This document shows, in pieces, positions 26,019-39,500 of a DNA stretch of 64,000 bases (positions are counted from its first letter, which is position 1; every line of letters begins with the position of its first letter). The translations under genes were made by a program, and so were the position numbers. Source of the DNA: Trichoplax adhaerens (lineage: Eukaryota; Animalia; Placozoa). The notes under the pieces are model-generated. The model saw only the letters and a program-made list of their open reading frames with translations. It did no database searches and was not told where the DNA came from. The stretch is taken from assembly GCF_000150275.1 (NCBI RefSeq), contig NW_002060946.1:1941454-2005453 (forward strand), read 5' to 3'.

Positions 26019-26992
26019 TTCAAGATTGTTATCTCCTTAATTGAATAAGAGTTTGAGGAAAATTATGTTGATTAATTATAAAGTTAATAGCTTGTTTATA
26101 CACAGGTACAGCTCAATTTGGAAGTAAAAAATTTACATATGTAGATTTATAAATTTTGTTCTCATTTGCATCAAAGACAGCGTGATGATACAACAGATCA
26201 CTAGATTGACTGCTGTACGATACCATACTTTGCAAAGTACTATCTTCAAAAGTTAATTTCTAGCTCTGACTATTCAAGTACAGTTAAGGGCATGCTAAAG
26301 TTACACCTGTTTATGGATTGGTTCCGGTTCTAAATATTTTCCGATTAATTCAGTGCGTTTGTCGTTACATCTGCCTAGTAACTCAAGGCTATCGTTACGT
26401 TAATATTCTATAATAAAGTTACTAGCTGATAAAAAATTTATTTGGCTATAACTAATTAGTATAGGGTTATTATTATTACCTATGCCTCTATCTTTCGGTT
26501 AGCATTACATTAAAATGTAAATTTCGTGATCTTTTCCAAGCTATAAAATTGTTGATTCATTAACTAAAGCTTATTAAACATTCATTAGATAAGCAAGTAC
26601 TTTAGAAATTTGCTAATGAAAAGATTGGCGGACACTGTATTTCCTACCGAAACTACTCCAATCCGATAGGGAGTACATTATGTAGTTTATGTGCCAAGCA
26701 TGCTCCTTATTAACATACAAGAACAGTAGAGATAGAGAGTAGTACGCACGAATTGTCAAGAAATCATAAACCTAGAAATGTATGATTGAATATAATAGAA
26801 ATAGCACGCGCGTAGCTTATAAGATCTATAAATACAGTATGTACAGAAGATAGGGTGGTGAATAAGCCAGAATTTATTAAAAATACCTAAAATACTTTCA
26901 GAAAGGTGGATACAATTGAAAGGGTTTAGACAATTAATTAATAAAATAAAATAATTCACGAAAAAGACTGGTAACAATCATTTGTTGTAAAA

Positions 26993-27435
26993 ACGCAAGG
27001 GTACTTCTAAAGTCGAGAGGACGAAGACCAAATGTATGAAATTTTTATATCAACTACCACTGATGCATGTCCGATTCGGCAATCTTGTTGGAATAATAAT
27101 TATTACAATTTGGTAACTGCTTTCTTGTGATTTACGAAGGCATCAGCATACTGAGGAGCAGTTTGAGATTTGTTAAATGTTGCATCTCCTAAAATATTAA
27201 CCGGTAGCGTTTCGACGCAAGGGTACTTCTAAAGTCGACAGGACGCAGACCAAATGTATGAAATTTTTATATTCACTACGACTGATGCATGTCCGATTTG
27301 GCAATCTTGCTAGAATAATAATTATAACGATTTGGTAACTGCTTTCTTATGATTTATGAAGATATCAGCATACTGAGTAGCAGTTTGAGATTTGTCAAAT
27401 GTTCCATCTCCTAAAATATTAAGCGGTGGCGTTTC
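26993..27435. repeat. ~222-bp tandem duplication of MED20 3' end
   Basis: 26993-27213 and 27215-27435 are near-identical (acgcaagggtacttctaaagtcga ... cgtttc). Confidence 0.92.
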
Positions 27436-27936
27436 TGGTAGTGATAACTCGTAAGATTCCGTTAATATTTTACAAAATTCATGCAATAAATTCCAACACA
27501 CACCAACATGAGAACAAGGCTTGTAATTCGCTTCAATGACAATATCAGTCAAGGATGTATGGCCACCGACTATGGAGCTAAGTTTAACGATAAAATCTCC
27601 AAGTAGTAATGTCTGGCCATGCGCTTTTAGGGATTTTCTGAGAGTATAATTTTTGATATTATCTGTAAATTCATCAGCTGACTCCATGGGCACAATTTGA
27701 CCATCATCGTTGTTATGCATGATGTATTTTGTATTATTATCACTCCAAGCAAGGGAATAGACCACATTTTTAGAAGACAGCGAGTCTGTATTTGCTTGAT
27801 AGTGTTCAAAATCTAAAGACCATACGCCAACTACATCAGCGAAAAGATTGGTTAGTCGTTTAACAAGTACGTCAATAACTTGCTGGCTAGTTTTCTCGGG
27901 TGGTATAGCGCATAGACCAACTATCGTTACCCCCAT
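27322..27936 (-). CDS. MED20: Mediator subunit 20, intronless CDS
   Basis: MGVTIVGLCAIPPEKTSQQVIDVLVKRLTNLFADVVGVWSLDFEHY...GDFIVKLSSI...IVIEANYKPCSHVGVCWNLLHEF...TATQYADIF aligns by eye with MED20 motifs; likely ATG at 27936. Confidence 0.85.
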   Translation of the reverse strand: MGVTIVGLCAIPPEKTSQQVIDVLVKRLTNLFADVVGVWSLDFEHYQANTDSLSSKNVVYSLAWSDNNTKYIMHNNDDGQIVPMESADEFTDNIKNYTLRKSLKAHGQTLLLGDFIVKLSSIVGGHTSLTDIVIEANYKPCSHVGVCWNLLHEFCKILTESYELSLPETPPLNILGDGTFDKSQTATQYADIFINHKKAVTKSL

Positions 27937-28856
27937 TGCGGACTCCAATGCTATATTCTAAGTAGCTATATCTATATCTATACAGTATATGTTATATACA
28001 GTACATGCACTAAATCTGTAGGATGAAGCTTATAATGGATAAAATCAATTTTCTGCTATAAAACGTAGAGGAATAGCAATAAAATAAGGTTAAAATGACT
28101 CCTATAATTGAAAATGATTGAATCTTGTAAATAAGTTTGCCATACGAGTAGAATTTCAATTTCTACCGAGTATTGATTTATCACCTTTCGTGTCGATCCT
28201 GCTTGAGCATACACGTGAAGGGAAAGGCATAAAATTTACATACAGGAGTATGCCGTACAGTGTATTGAATAAGTATAATCCAATGGAGTAATTTTACAGC
28301 TAACAGCCACTACTGTACAGTAGATAGCTAATTTAATACATCACATGGATAGTAAGACGTTTCATAAGTGAATGTCAATTTTATAATTTCGCACTTCCAA
28401 TATTTTCTACCACTTATCAGAGTAGAGATCAACCATTGCTATTGGTTTGTCTTTTAAAGCATAATGTTGGATTGGAGCGATTGATGAAACATCGACTGGG
28501 AAAGCATCGATGAAGAAGATCCCTTTGATCCCTGACAGACAGACTAGATACGATATGGCAAGATACTGTACTGTAGGATACTGCACTTATTGTTCACTAC
28601 TGTTGGAGTAGCTATAGCAGAGGATTAGGATCAGTAAGGAAATTTCTATGTTGGAAGTGGACACTAGCAGTTACGCCTGAGCTTGTACTGAAGTAGGTGA
28701 ACCACTGCACAATATGCCTCAGACGGATGTACGGATGGATTCTACGAGTGTATACTATACCACAATGTACAGCACGTGATACTATCTCTTCTCGGAGGTG
28801 AATGGATAGACCAAAGGCTCGCACCAGTTGTATGTACGAGATTATGTAATGGCAAC

Positions 28857-31800
28857 ATGCAAGACCAGCTGGAAAATTATTTGCTAACTTTCTATCAGTC
28901 AGAAGAAAGCGATCAATTAACTGATCAATTGAATGCTTTAGGTATTAGTAAAAAATCAGATCAATCTAGTAATGTCAAACGCCATAAAAACTCCAAAATC
29001 TGCGATTATTTAATTCGCTGCGATCCACTACAAAAGAAATTAAAGGTAAACATTCTGTAACACAGATAACATAGCTGCTAGCTGTCGCTAGAATAGCAAC
29101 GGGAATTGACTAATCAGTAACTGCTTTGGTAGTAATTTGAAAATATAGTAAGTGCTTTAAATTAGCAACTACAGCTTTGATAGCATGTACTGCATTAACT
29201 TAATTATGCTAGGTACAGTATATCTATGATTACAATTGAATGGAAGATAGTAACCTTACTGTTAGCTTTAAGTAAGTTGACAAATAAATACATTACCACG
29301 TAAGCCTAAAATCGATCACACGCTCTCGAATATTGATATCAGTATCATGCAAAATGACAGAATTCATTAAGACCACGCAAGGTAAAGCATTTATTTTAAT
29401 ACTGCATTCGAAGCTCTATACTCTACTTTCAAAATCGATCCAATAAGATCTAAACTACCATGTAACAGAACAAATATATTATAGCAATTGCGATTGAAAT
29501 ACCACCTATAAAAGCCTGATCTTGTAACTCTTAACGGATAGGATTGCTATACTATTCAAGAAATCATATCGAGCATATCTAAAGAGTTCGATACATCGAT
29601 TGCGTCCTGTACATTGAACAGTTACAATAGTATAGAAATTAAGTTAAATCGACCCAAAGTGATACAAGAACAGTTGCATCAAATTTTCTCGGACGACACC
29701 TTCAAGACCAATCTATTCAAACAAGAGCCAGGAAAGCAGTTATTAATTAACTGTAGTGCTTGGCAATGGACAGAATCTTTATCTCTCAATCATCTTCGTG
29801 GAATACTTGTTACATCGCATTTGCAAAGAATACTGAAAGCAAAGGGGTTGGCTTTTATCTCTAAAATTTTTTATTTCATGCTGTTTCACGTAATAACGAA
29901 TTTAGATTCTCATCACCATATTATACGTATTTAAAGGTTTAATACAATCATGGTAAATTCCTTAAGAGAATGTGCTGAAAACACTGATCGGTCTGAGTTT
30001 ATTAAAGAATTTCATCTCGAAGATATGTGTACTTCAGAGCTAGTTAATTCTGCAAGGGAATATGAAGAAATTCTTAGTAAATTAAAAACCAAGTGCTTAG
30101 AATCAAAATACTGCATATATGATAATGGCAATTATTTTATAAATGCTTCACATTTTATAAAAGACTCTGGGTTACTCGAAGGTAATTGCTATGAAGATTA
30201 ATTAAGTGTCTCAGCGATCGTACAGTTACGTAAACTTTAGCACAATTACTCAAATTCGATGTAATTACCAGTGATAAAATTTGAAACTTAATTTTGGCTA
30301 GTATCGATAATAATTTTTGGATAAAGTGATAAGTTAACTGTCTTGTCAGTGCTGCATTATTACTTAGTTTATGCTTATATTGTCATCGACTATCCTGTAT
30401 TATTGTAGATGGCATCTTCAAGAATGTGGAATTGATTAAAGGTGAATGAAAAACATTTAAATGTTACATTTGATGAAAGGCGAATATTTCTAAATTTCTA
30501 AATATTTTATAGTACAACCAATTATCTTTCTAGGAATAATTTTCAAAAATTTAAGTCTTCGATTAGCTTGAATACTTCTAAATATTGAGATATACTTTTA
30601 TATCGGTAACTAAAGAACATGCTAAAGAATATTCCGTAGGAATACAAATCTAATCGATATTGTTATTTCTCAATTATAGTTATGTCATGTGACCAAGTAG
30701 AACCTATTTTGCTGGCTGTCACATCTCTAGAATTAGCTGTTCAAGAAGAATCAAATTCTGACATAATAACAACAGTTAATGTAGTACCTCATAACAAGTT
30801 ATTTTATGCCACAAAAATGTCCTTGCTATGGCAAATTCTCAGCAATAAATCAAATGCTGCTGCAATTAAACATCAGGTATGCATTAGTGGTCAGTTTATC
30901 TGATGTTCAGAATTTGCCGAAATGACACTATTATATCAGGACTATTCAGGAGTGCATTAAGTCAAGAATACATACTCTTAAATTTTATTCAAAATTATTA
31001 CAATTTACTTTATTAAATTAATTAGGTAACCAACCGTTTTATCAATTACAACTGTGATTTATAGGTTAGCGTCGCTATTGAAAGGGTGATTACTGTTGGT
31101 GATATAAATTTAACCCTAGCTTCAGATCTTATTAGGTAATCAGTTATATGATATGAAATATTAACGATGTCATTCCTATATCAACGTATATTCGGCTTTC
31201 GATTATATTTAAACGTCGGGTCAAGATTATGCTTAAATTAAGAAATATTTGGCTGATATGTTCAAAGCATGTGGTTTTCCATTCGTACTGCTGTACGCTA
31301 ACTTAATGAATTCAAAATATTTCTATTTTATTTTATTAAGATTACGCAAAGCGCAAATGAAGCGAGCATCGATCTTAAAATACGGATCCACTGTACATGG
31401 TAAGAGTTAATAGACAATTACCAGCTCCTTAGTATTTGCTCCATCGTATTTATTCAATCTTGCAGACCCATCTTGGCAGGGTATTATAGCTGAAGTTGCT
31501 TCTACGACGATAAAATTTGAAATGCTAGGAACATCTGGGAACGAACCAGTTAGTATCGTAACAAAAGTATTGATCAAGTTGTCATAGAGTTTTATTTTCT
31601 GACATTTCTCCAAGAATAAAACCATGCACAATTTTTTTCAGTTAAAAATAAATGTATCGTCACAGCAAACGACTGGATCTCTAGATAAGAAAGGCGGTTC
31701 ATTTGTTTTATATAATTGCGCAAGATTGTCTACACTTTTTCAACATTTCAATGAACAAGTTACCAAGTGTAAACTTAAATTTAATGTATTAGCCATCTTC

Positions 31801-32683
31801 GTTAAACGAAAAATTTTGTCAAAATTAGAATACCTACCTTGGATTTTCTGAGGTAAAAAATTTAAATTAATTTCTTCCTTTCTAGCAACCTATCCACCAT
31901 TACCTCCAATTGAAAAAGTAGACTTTACGCTGCTAAGGCATGAGGTGGTTCTTGAATAAATTTGAATTACTTTTAATATCTAGTAGACACAGTGGAGTAG
32001 CAACTTCTCTAAAAAGTAATACTGTACTAGTATGCAACGTTCGAAGCAGTATAGGCTTCGCCTTTGGCGTAATGTAATTTTGCTGATATGCTTCATAAAG
32101 GAGGAATGGGAACTATTTTTTAATTGTATTTACAACTGTGGACTGTTCAATAATGACGCTTCATTCCTAATGAACGACCAAACATCTGACCTAGATTGGC
32201 GGTGCAATAAGGTGCAGATACTTACTTAAGAAAAAAGAATACAGTAGATCCCATCTGCAATTGTGAGGTTGAAAATTATTTTTAATTAAGTTTTTGAATT
32301 AAAATTCTTGTCTGTAGATATGCCAGTTCATGACTATGTTATGCCGCACATTTAGCTCGTACTATCGTAGTATCAGAATACTAACAGTAAGTCTTAATTA
32401 TTGCTGTCATATAATAGTTTGAATTTGTTTTGTTGGCTATGATGCACTCCTGGTAGTGATATTACGGATTTTAATTTTTAGGAACCGAAACCTCACTTAT
32501 TTCCTGTGATGCATGCCAGATTATATTTAATGAAAGCTATACATTTGGTATCCACATTATAATATAAGTTTATTTTTAATCATTCCTGAAACTGTCGATC
32601 TGAATTTTGATGCCATGCTGATTTGATAGGTACTTATTAATAATCTTGCTCTGCTCAATATCAAGCCATTGTCACAATTATAG
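28857..32683 (+). CDS. DALRD3: DALR anticodon-binding domain-containing protein 3 (multi-exon)
   Basis: SLNHLRGILVTSHL, GSFVLYNCARLSTLF, EEWELFFN, FSSYYRSIRILT|EPKPHLFPVMHARLYLMKAI, NIKPLSQL*. Confidence 0.88.
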
Positions 32684-33209
32684 GTATGTATCAAAATAAA
32701 TAACTTAAAAAATGATAAAGCATAAAAACAATTATGCCTTAATATTTTTATACATGTAATTTTGATTTAATTGACATAGCTAATATGCTTTAAATGTCTC
32801 AAAATTTCAATAGGCACCTCTCGTCAGTAGAAATAATTGTAACTTACGCAAGATTCCTATTCATATCTGAAGAGATTTTAAGATACCAATATTGCTGTAC
32901 AGTTGATTGATAATTTATAAACTTACATAGCGTAACAGCGTATTTTTCGATTACTTATTAACACATTGAAATTTAATAAATAAAAAATATATCGCATCAT
33001 AGTTCTGAATTCATTCTCTGTATTATTTTATAAGTTTTTAGATACATTTTTCTCTATGACTACCTTTTACATTAGTAATCAGTCGATACAGATTTTTGGC
33101 TTTTAAATAGACCGCATGCAAAAACTGCGTATACGTGTAATCCTTGATCTTTATATTGCTATGCTGATTTAATTTCATAGACTTTGACCTACGAAGGGCA
33201 TTTAAAAAG

Positions 33210-34221
33210 TTATCCGATTTCATAATCTTCTGTTTCTAAGCAAGACGAGCTCACAAACGATTGTATTTCCTGATAAGTAGTTAATGGGCGGCATCGAAAC
33301 TCCAAGAGAGCATCAGTAGCCAAACGATTCAAGTGTCGCTTGCTAGTGATGTGTTTTAACTAAATCGGATTGAAACAACAATCTTAAGCATTGATGGCAA
33401 TCACATGCAGTATTTTCGTATACGCACTGATGATTACAGCTTTCATTTTAGCTATGATTAGCCATGAATTATAGTGCAACGGCAATTGACGACAACGTGA
33501 CCAATATCCCTCCATACGGAAGAAGGATGATAAAGGCATTAACAAAACTTACCCACTCTTTTTCATTCGGCAACTGCGCATCACATGTAGAACAGCACCA
33601 GCAGTCGCTTACTTTAAAAGTTCGCTTCCTATGCTTTACTGAGGTCAGGTGCTGTTGGTAATCTACTATAGATTTAAATATCTTTCTAGGGCAAGACTCA
33701 CATTTCATCTTTGAAGAGATTTCTGCCTATAGCGTACATTGCATAATAAAGGATGTAAAAGCGTTAAATTATACTGATCAAAAATAAAGATACTCGTAGA
33801 CATAAAATACAACGCAGTACTGTACGTTCGTTTTGGCTGCATAGTAAGTAGTTACCGTAAACTCATTCTTGCATGTTAGTGTGCATCTATAGCCTAAAGT
33901 ACATCCGGAGGATCAAAACATCCCCTGCATTTTAATTCATCCTATCTAAACACTGGAGCATGATGATCTTGGTAATTTAATGTTTTTAATTGCGCTACTA
34001 GCCTCCATATAAGGTGCCTTGAGAAGTGACTCAGAACTGCGTTTTAAGAAATTTTTGATCACAATTTCAATATACTGTCTTGTGCATTATACCTGTAAAC
34101 GTTTTAGGTGTTTTCGAGAATGAAGTTCAGAATTTTCACGACTTTTATTAGATTGCTTCGTAATATTAGGTTTCTCTGCCTCCGTAGAAGCAACTCTCCT
34201 ATCGTTGGAGGTATTCTCCAT
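33210..34221 (-). CDS. Small protein with two matrin/U1-type C2H2 zinc fingers; middle exon structure uncertain
   Basis: CESCPRKIFKSIVDYQQHLTSVKH and CSTCDAQLPNEKEW|LKHITSKRH (CxxC...HxxxxxH); first exon MENTSNDRR...HSRKHLKRLQ. Confidence 0.6.
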
Positions 34222-34290
34222 AATATTATATCGTATATATTTGATAGCTTAACCGTTCCATTTCCTTTTTTTTTAGAGGTCTGTTGGAAA

Positions 34291-34610
34291 GTGTACTGTA
34301 CAGTGTACAGTACTGTAGGTTCTTCTGTAAAAACTTTGAAATACAGTATACAGTACAGTACTGTACAGTACCAACTACAAATTCCAGATTCTACAGTACA
34401 ATCCTATTGTAGATTTGTAGTAAAATAGACACTACAGTACAGATCAGAAAATGCCATAAAGACCTCTATTAACAGAAATATTGTACGGAGTACTGTATAC
34501 AGTACAGTACAGCGATCCACGACTTGTAGTCAGTACTACACCTTGCAAACTATGGTACTTAGCCAGTTAATTCATGGCCTTACTCTTTTTATACTGTACA
34601 GTACAGTACC
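34291..34610. repeat. (CAGTA/TACTG)n patches upstream of zinc-finger gene
   Basis: gtactgtacagtgtacagtactgtag, cagtacagtactgtacagtac etc. Confidence 0.85.
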
Positions 34611-34895
34611 AGTAACGTTGAATTATTTGCGAACAGAGAATTGTAGCCTCAAATCTGCTACTATCAAAGATGCAACAGTTTTTAGTGCAGTTGTTAGAAT
34701 TGATTTTATTTCAAAGATAGTTGTTTGAATCGTTCAGGGGAACGGGAATACATACAGTACATTACATTTGTAATGAAGTAAAAGAACTAAACAGTCTCGT
34801 TAGAGGATTCATAATTTATAATACAACAGTATTACATTACGTTACACAATTTCGCTGAGAAGACTGTTAGCGAATAAATTGTTCTTCAATTTTGT

Positions 34896-34911
34896 GGCTT
34901 TTAGAAAAGCC
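34896..34911 (-). other. Histone 3' stem-loop
   Basis: Minus strand CAAAC-GGCTTT-TCTA-AAAGCC-ACAAA, ~54 nt after the H4 stop. Confidence 0.85.
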
Positions 34912-34964
34912 GTTTGATTGTAAAGTTGATTACATAAATGTACAAATTATCTTCAAGGTTGGAT

Positions 34965-35399
<435 letters not shown>

Positions 35400-35509
35400 T
35401 TATGTAAATTACCTGTGGGTATCATCAGCCAATCAGAACGTGCTAGTTCGTTTGATCCATTCGATCCCGTATGTATCGGGATGATTTGAAAAGGGAAGCG
35501 GCAAAATCA

Positions 35510-35720
35510 TACTGTACAGTACAGTACAGTACAGTACAGTACTGTATCTTACAGTACTATACTGTACTGTAGAGGTCTTCATGGTACTATACTGTACTGT
35601 ACTGTACTGTACAGTACAGCACATTTGTACAATTGTGTAGTTACTATAGAGGTAAGGAAAAACCTCTATGGTCCGGTCATAGAGGCTTACCTCTCTATAC
35701 AGTATAGTACAGTACAGCGT
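35510..35720. repeat. (CAGTA)n/(TACTG)n patch with nested inverted repeats upstream of H4
   Basis: (acagt)n run flips to (tactg)n; cctctatg/catagagg and agaggtaag/cttacctct inverted pairs at 35648-35694. Confidence 0.88.
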
Positions 35721-36566
35721 AGACCAGTATCACGACGCGAGTTGTAAAATGGTTGGAGCGACCGAACATTGTACAGCGACTGATAGTTTGTATTAGAAAC
35801 TTGAAAGAAATAGAATTATTCAATACTGCAATAAAAAATAATCAAAATATCAAAAGTCAATCGCTCAAGGTTGTACTGATTTGTCTGCATGGGATTGGAG
35901 CCAAATTTAAAGCACAATTCTTCACAATCTAAAGACATACTGTAATTTAAGGCAACACTATAGCTGAACATCTTTCAACCATTTTTTAGAGGGCTCGCCA
36001 CGCCCCTGTACATATAGATACGGAAATACAGTAACCTCACTATTAGTTAGTTTTACAAGAAATTCAATTTTTTCCTTGCATATCATTCTAGACCAGGATA
36101 TTACTAGGGTTAATCTCGTAGGCTGTTAGATACAGTATATTGAAAACATTCGTATATAGCAAAAATGAACTTTTTACAATATTTACTAATAAGAATAGAC
36201 TTAATTTTATTCAGGTTATGAAGATCTAGATTCAGAAACAATACAGTATAATGGATAGCTAGTGAGCTCTCAACTTTTGAAATATCGACTAACTTTGAAT
36301 GATAAGTGAATATTTGCATTAAATTTGCACTGCTGAAAGGAATTAATATAAATAAATAGAACTTAAACTTTAGGTTTCAGCTATCGATTGAGTTTGAGGT
36401 CGTCGTATTCATAAATTATCGAGAGAATAGTATCACCATTGAAATATTTCTGAAAAGGTTACATGCTGATATATAAACCCAAGTGTGATTGTAAAAGTAC
36501 CAACAGTTAACTAAAGATTCAGTTAACTTCTGCAAAGATTATCTTTGAACTAATTTTATAAAATAT

Positions 36567-39500
36567 TTAAACTTCTAAATTTTTCTTCATTAATTCAATA
36601 TCTGATATAACCATTTCTGCAACAAGCTCCTAGAAGGGGTTATAAATTGATTTATAACAAGACAATCAGATAATATAGAAACCTACTGCGTATGCTAATA
36701 CAGTGGCTGATAATGCTACATATGATATATGGAAATTATTTTGCTACGACTTGTGAAAGGTATAATATCGAACCTGAAATGTTACTTTCGGTTTCCATCC
36801 CAACTTTTCACGAGCTTTGGTATTATCGCCTTGCAAGAAATTCTTATAAATGTATCATAAGTTTATTACCACAATTAAAAAACATACAATTTAAACGTTA
36901 AATTTATCCATGCTTAGATATTGGTGCTAGACATCTTAGAGATGGAGATTGCATATACGGATAAATAAATTACATCATACAAGTAAATAAGGTGGCTACA
37001 GGCTTACTACCTCTGCAGGGCGATAAAATTTAGGATTAATTCGAACGCGAACTACACCACTTTCTTCATCAACACCAACTTCATCAACTCCAGAACCTTT
37101 CCAGCTTAAGAGGATAGATAAATACAATTGTCACAAATGTAAAACATCTTTTGTAACATTGTTGTAGTACATCGTATAATTCCGATTATGAAATCGATTT
37201 CATATCGATATGTGCTAATTGATACGATAACATCTGATTGAGCTTGCGTAACAAGATAAATTACAATCTTATGATCTCACATGAAGAAATTATAATGAAC
37301 TTCTAGTAAGAAGTAACGTAATTAGCACAAATTTAATCTGGATATCTACAATTGTATGTACAAAAATTAGCGAAGGAACCGTTAAAAATGTATCAGCAGA
37401 CAAACCCAATTTTTATTCCGACGATAACAAAAGCAGCTTCAACAAAATTACGCACAGTGTGTGTTTTACCGGTAGCTAAAACAAAGTCTTCCGGTTTGTC
37501 ACACTGCAGCATCATCCACATTGCCTGCCGAAAGGACAGATTTGTAAGTTAAACAACATTAAACTCTATGAATCAAATGTTATCGAATAATTTTATGAAT
37601 CATCTTCAAAATACCAAACCTCAACATAATCTTTAGCGTGATCCTAGTCTCGGCACGAGTTTATATTTCCGAGTTGAAGCTATGATACAAAAATATTTAA
37701 AATATTGCGCTATAGATAATGCTGCTAAACATATCAATTTGCTTTCACAAAATTTTAATAATATAGCTAAATGATAGGAATTACCTCCTCTTGCAAACCT
37801 AAATATATTTTAGCAACTGCACGGGTAATTTTCCTTGTAACAAATGTCTCTCCTGAAATTTAACGATAAATGTTAAAGCAAGCGATGGAGATATGCGTCT
37901 CTGATGCGTATCCATACCTCTTCTTGGACTTTCATGATTGAATGCGATACCATTACAACAATACATATTATAGGCCTCACGATAGTTTACAACAATCCAA
38001 AAAGCATACATTTTAGCAACACCTTAAGTCAGAAGGTAATAGGAGATTAAGGATATAATAAACTTATGATACAACAGTAAATTTACGTTTTTAACATGAA
38101 ATTAGCTATTAAAATTTACCATAGGGTGATCGCGGATAGAACGGCGTAATTTCTTTCTGGGGTATTTCATTGGCTTTCCCATATAATTCGCTGGTAGCGG
38201 CCTACGAAGAAATATAATAGCTATTAACTTAATGCCTAGGGAACAGAAACCAATTTTAATAAATATTCACAGAGCTTGTTTGAAAGTAAGAGTTAGCGAT
38301 GGTTTAAACTGTAATTACGTGGATAAGACCTGATAGAATCGAATCTTGTTACTGAAGTTACAGGTCCGAATAGCATCGATCACGCGCAACGTACCAATAG
38401 CGTCTACATCAGCGGTGTACTCGCTTAAGTCGAATGAAACCTTATAGAATGTTCATAAAACGAAGTTAAACGATATCATTATTTGAGTATATTAATCTAT
38501 AAACATAGATAATTTTATGTCGTTACTAAGAATAGTAAAGATAATGCAAAATATTTTGGTACTAAGAAATTGACAGCGTACTTAAAGTACCTACTTGGAC
38601 ATGACTCTGTGCTGCTAAATTATAAATTTCATCTGGCTGTACCTGAAATCAATCACGCAATGTAGCAAATTATGCAATAAATGCTGTACTGTAATTTACC
38701 AATACTGTATAGAGCATCTTACCGAAGAAATAATTTTTACGAAACAATTACTATTAGTTAAATCACCATAGTGCAACTTTATAGCTAAATTAAATGATAA
38801 AAATAAAGATATTAAGTCAACGCTTATTAGTATAATTTAATAGTTAAATTAATGCTTTCAAACCTTTAGCTGTATGAGTTTTGGGATCTTCATACAAATA
38901 AGAGATTCGACCAGTAGTAATTGAACTTGATTGCCTAATGATTCCGTGAACCTTAGTTAAGTTGAATATTACGTAATTACTACAAGATTTTTTATACGAA
39001 AGTGTGATATACAATTTCAAAAGTAAATAGATCTGTTCTTAACATACGCGTATGCTAAGACATAAATTGGGTTACAATTAACGTCGTAGCAGCAAGTGGA
39101 TGATTAATTTATTAGTTAAGCATTTTTGCAGGATTTAAATTATGATAATAGTAAGCGGGCAAGTTTTTAATAATAGATAATTTAGAAGGATTCCAGTTTG
39201 TAAACTCAAAGCTAGTAGAATACTTGTAGATATCAGAAAACCTTTATACATAAATTATGACGTTGTCAAGCTTGCACCCTTGCAACTTTTAGATTTTTAG
39301 AACAAAAAGTGAATGAAATTCGGTAAAAAGTATGTTGGAATAATATAAGCCTATATACAAACGTCCTGTGATAATCATAATCAAATGAGATAACAAGAGG
39401 CTATTTTACTATTTCGCATAAAAATGTGGTGAAGCTTCATCACAGAGTTAATTACGACTGATACTTTTAAGCACTTACCTCATAACCTTTATTGATTAGT

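Noticed and set aside
28480-28540. Possible C/D snoRNA (TGATGA...CTGA)
   Set aside because: Too short, no terminal stem, no recognisable guide complementarity.
32548-32629. DALRD3 last intron donor GTATCCAC as U12-type
   Set aside because: No CCTTRAC-like branch point near the acceptor.
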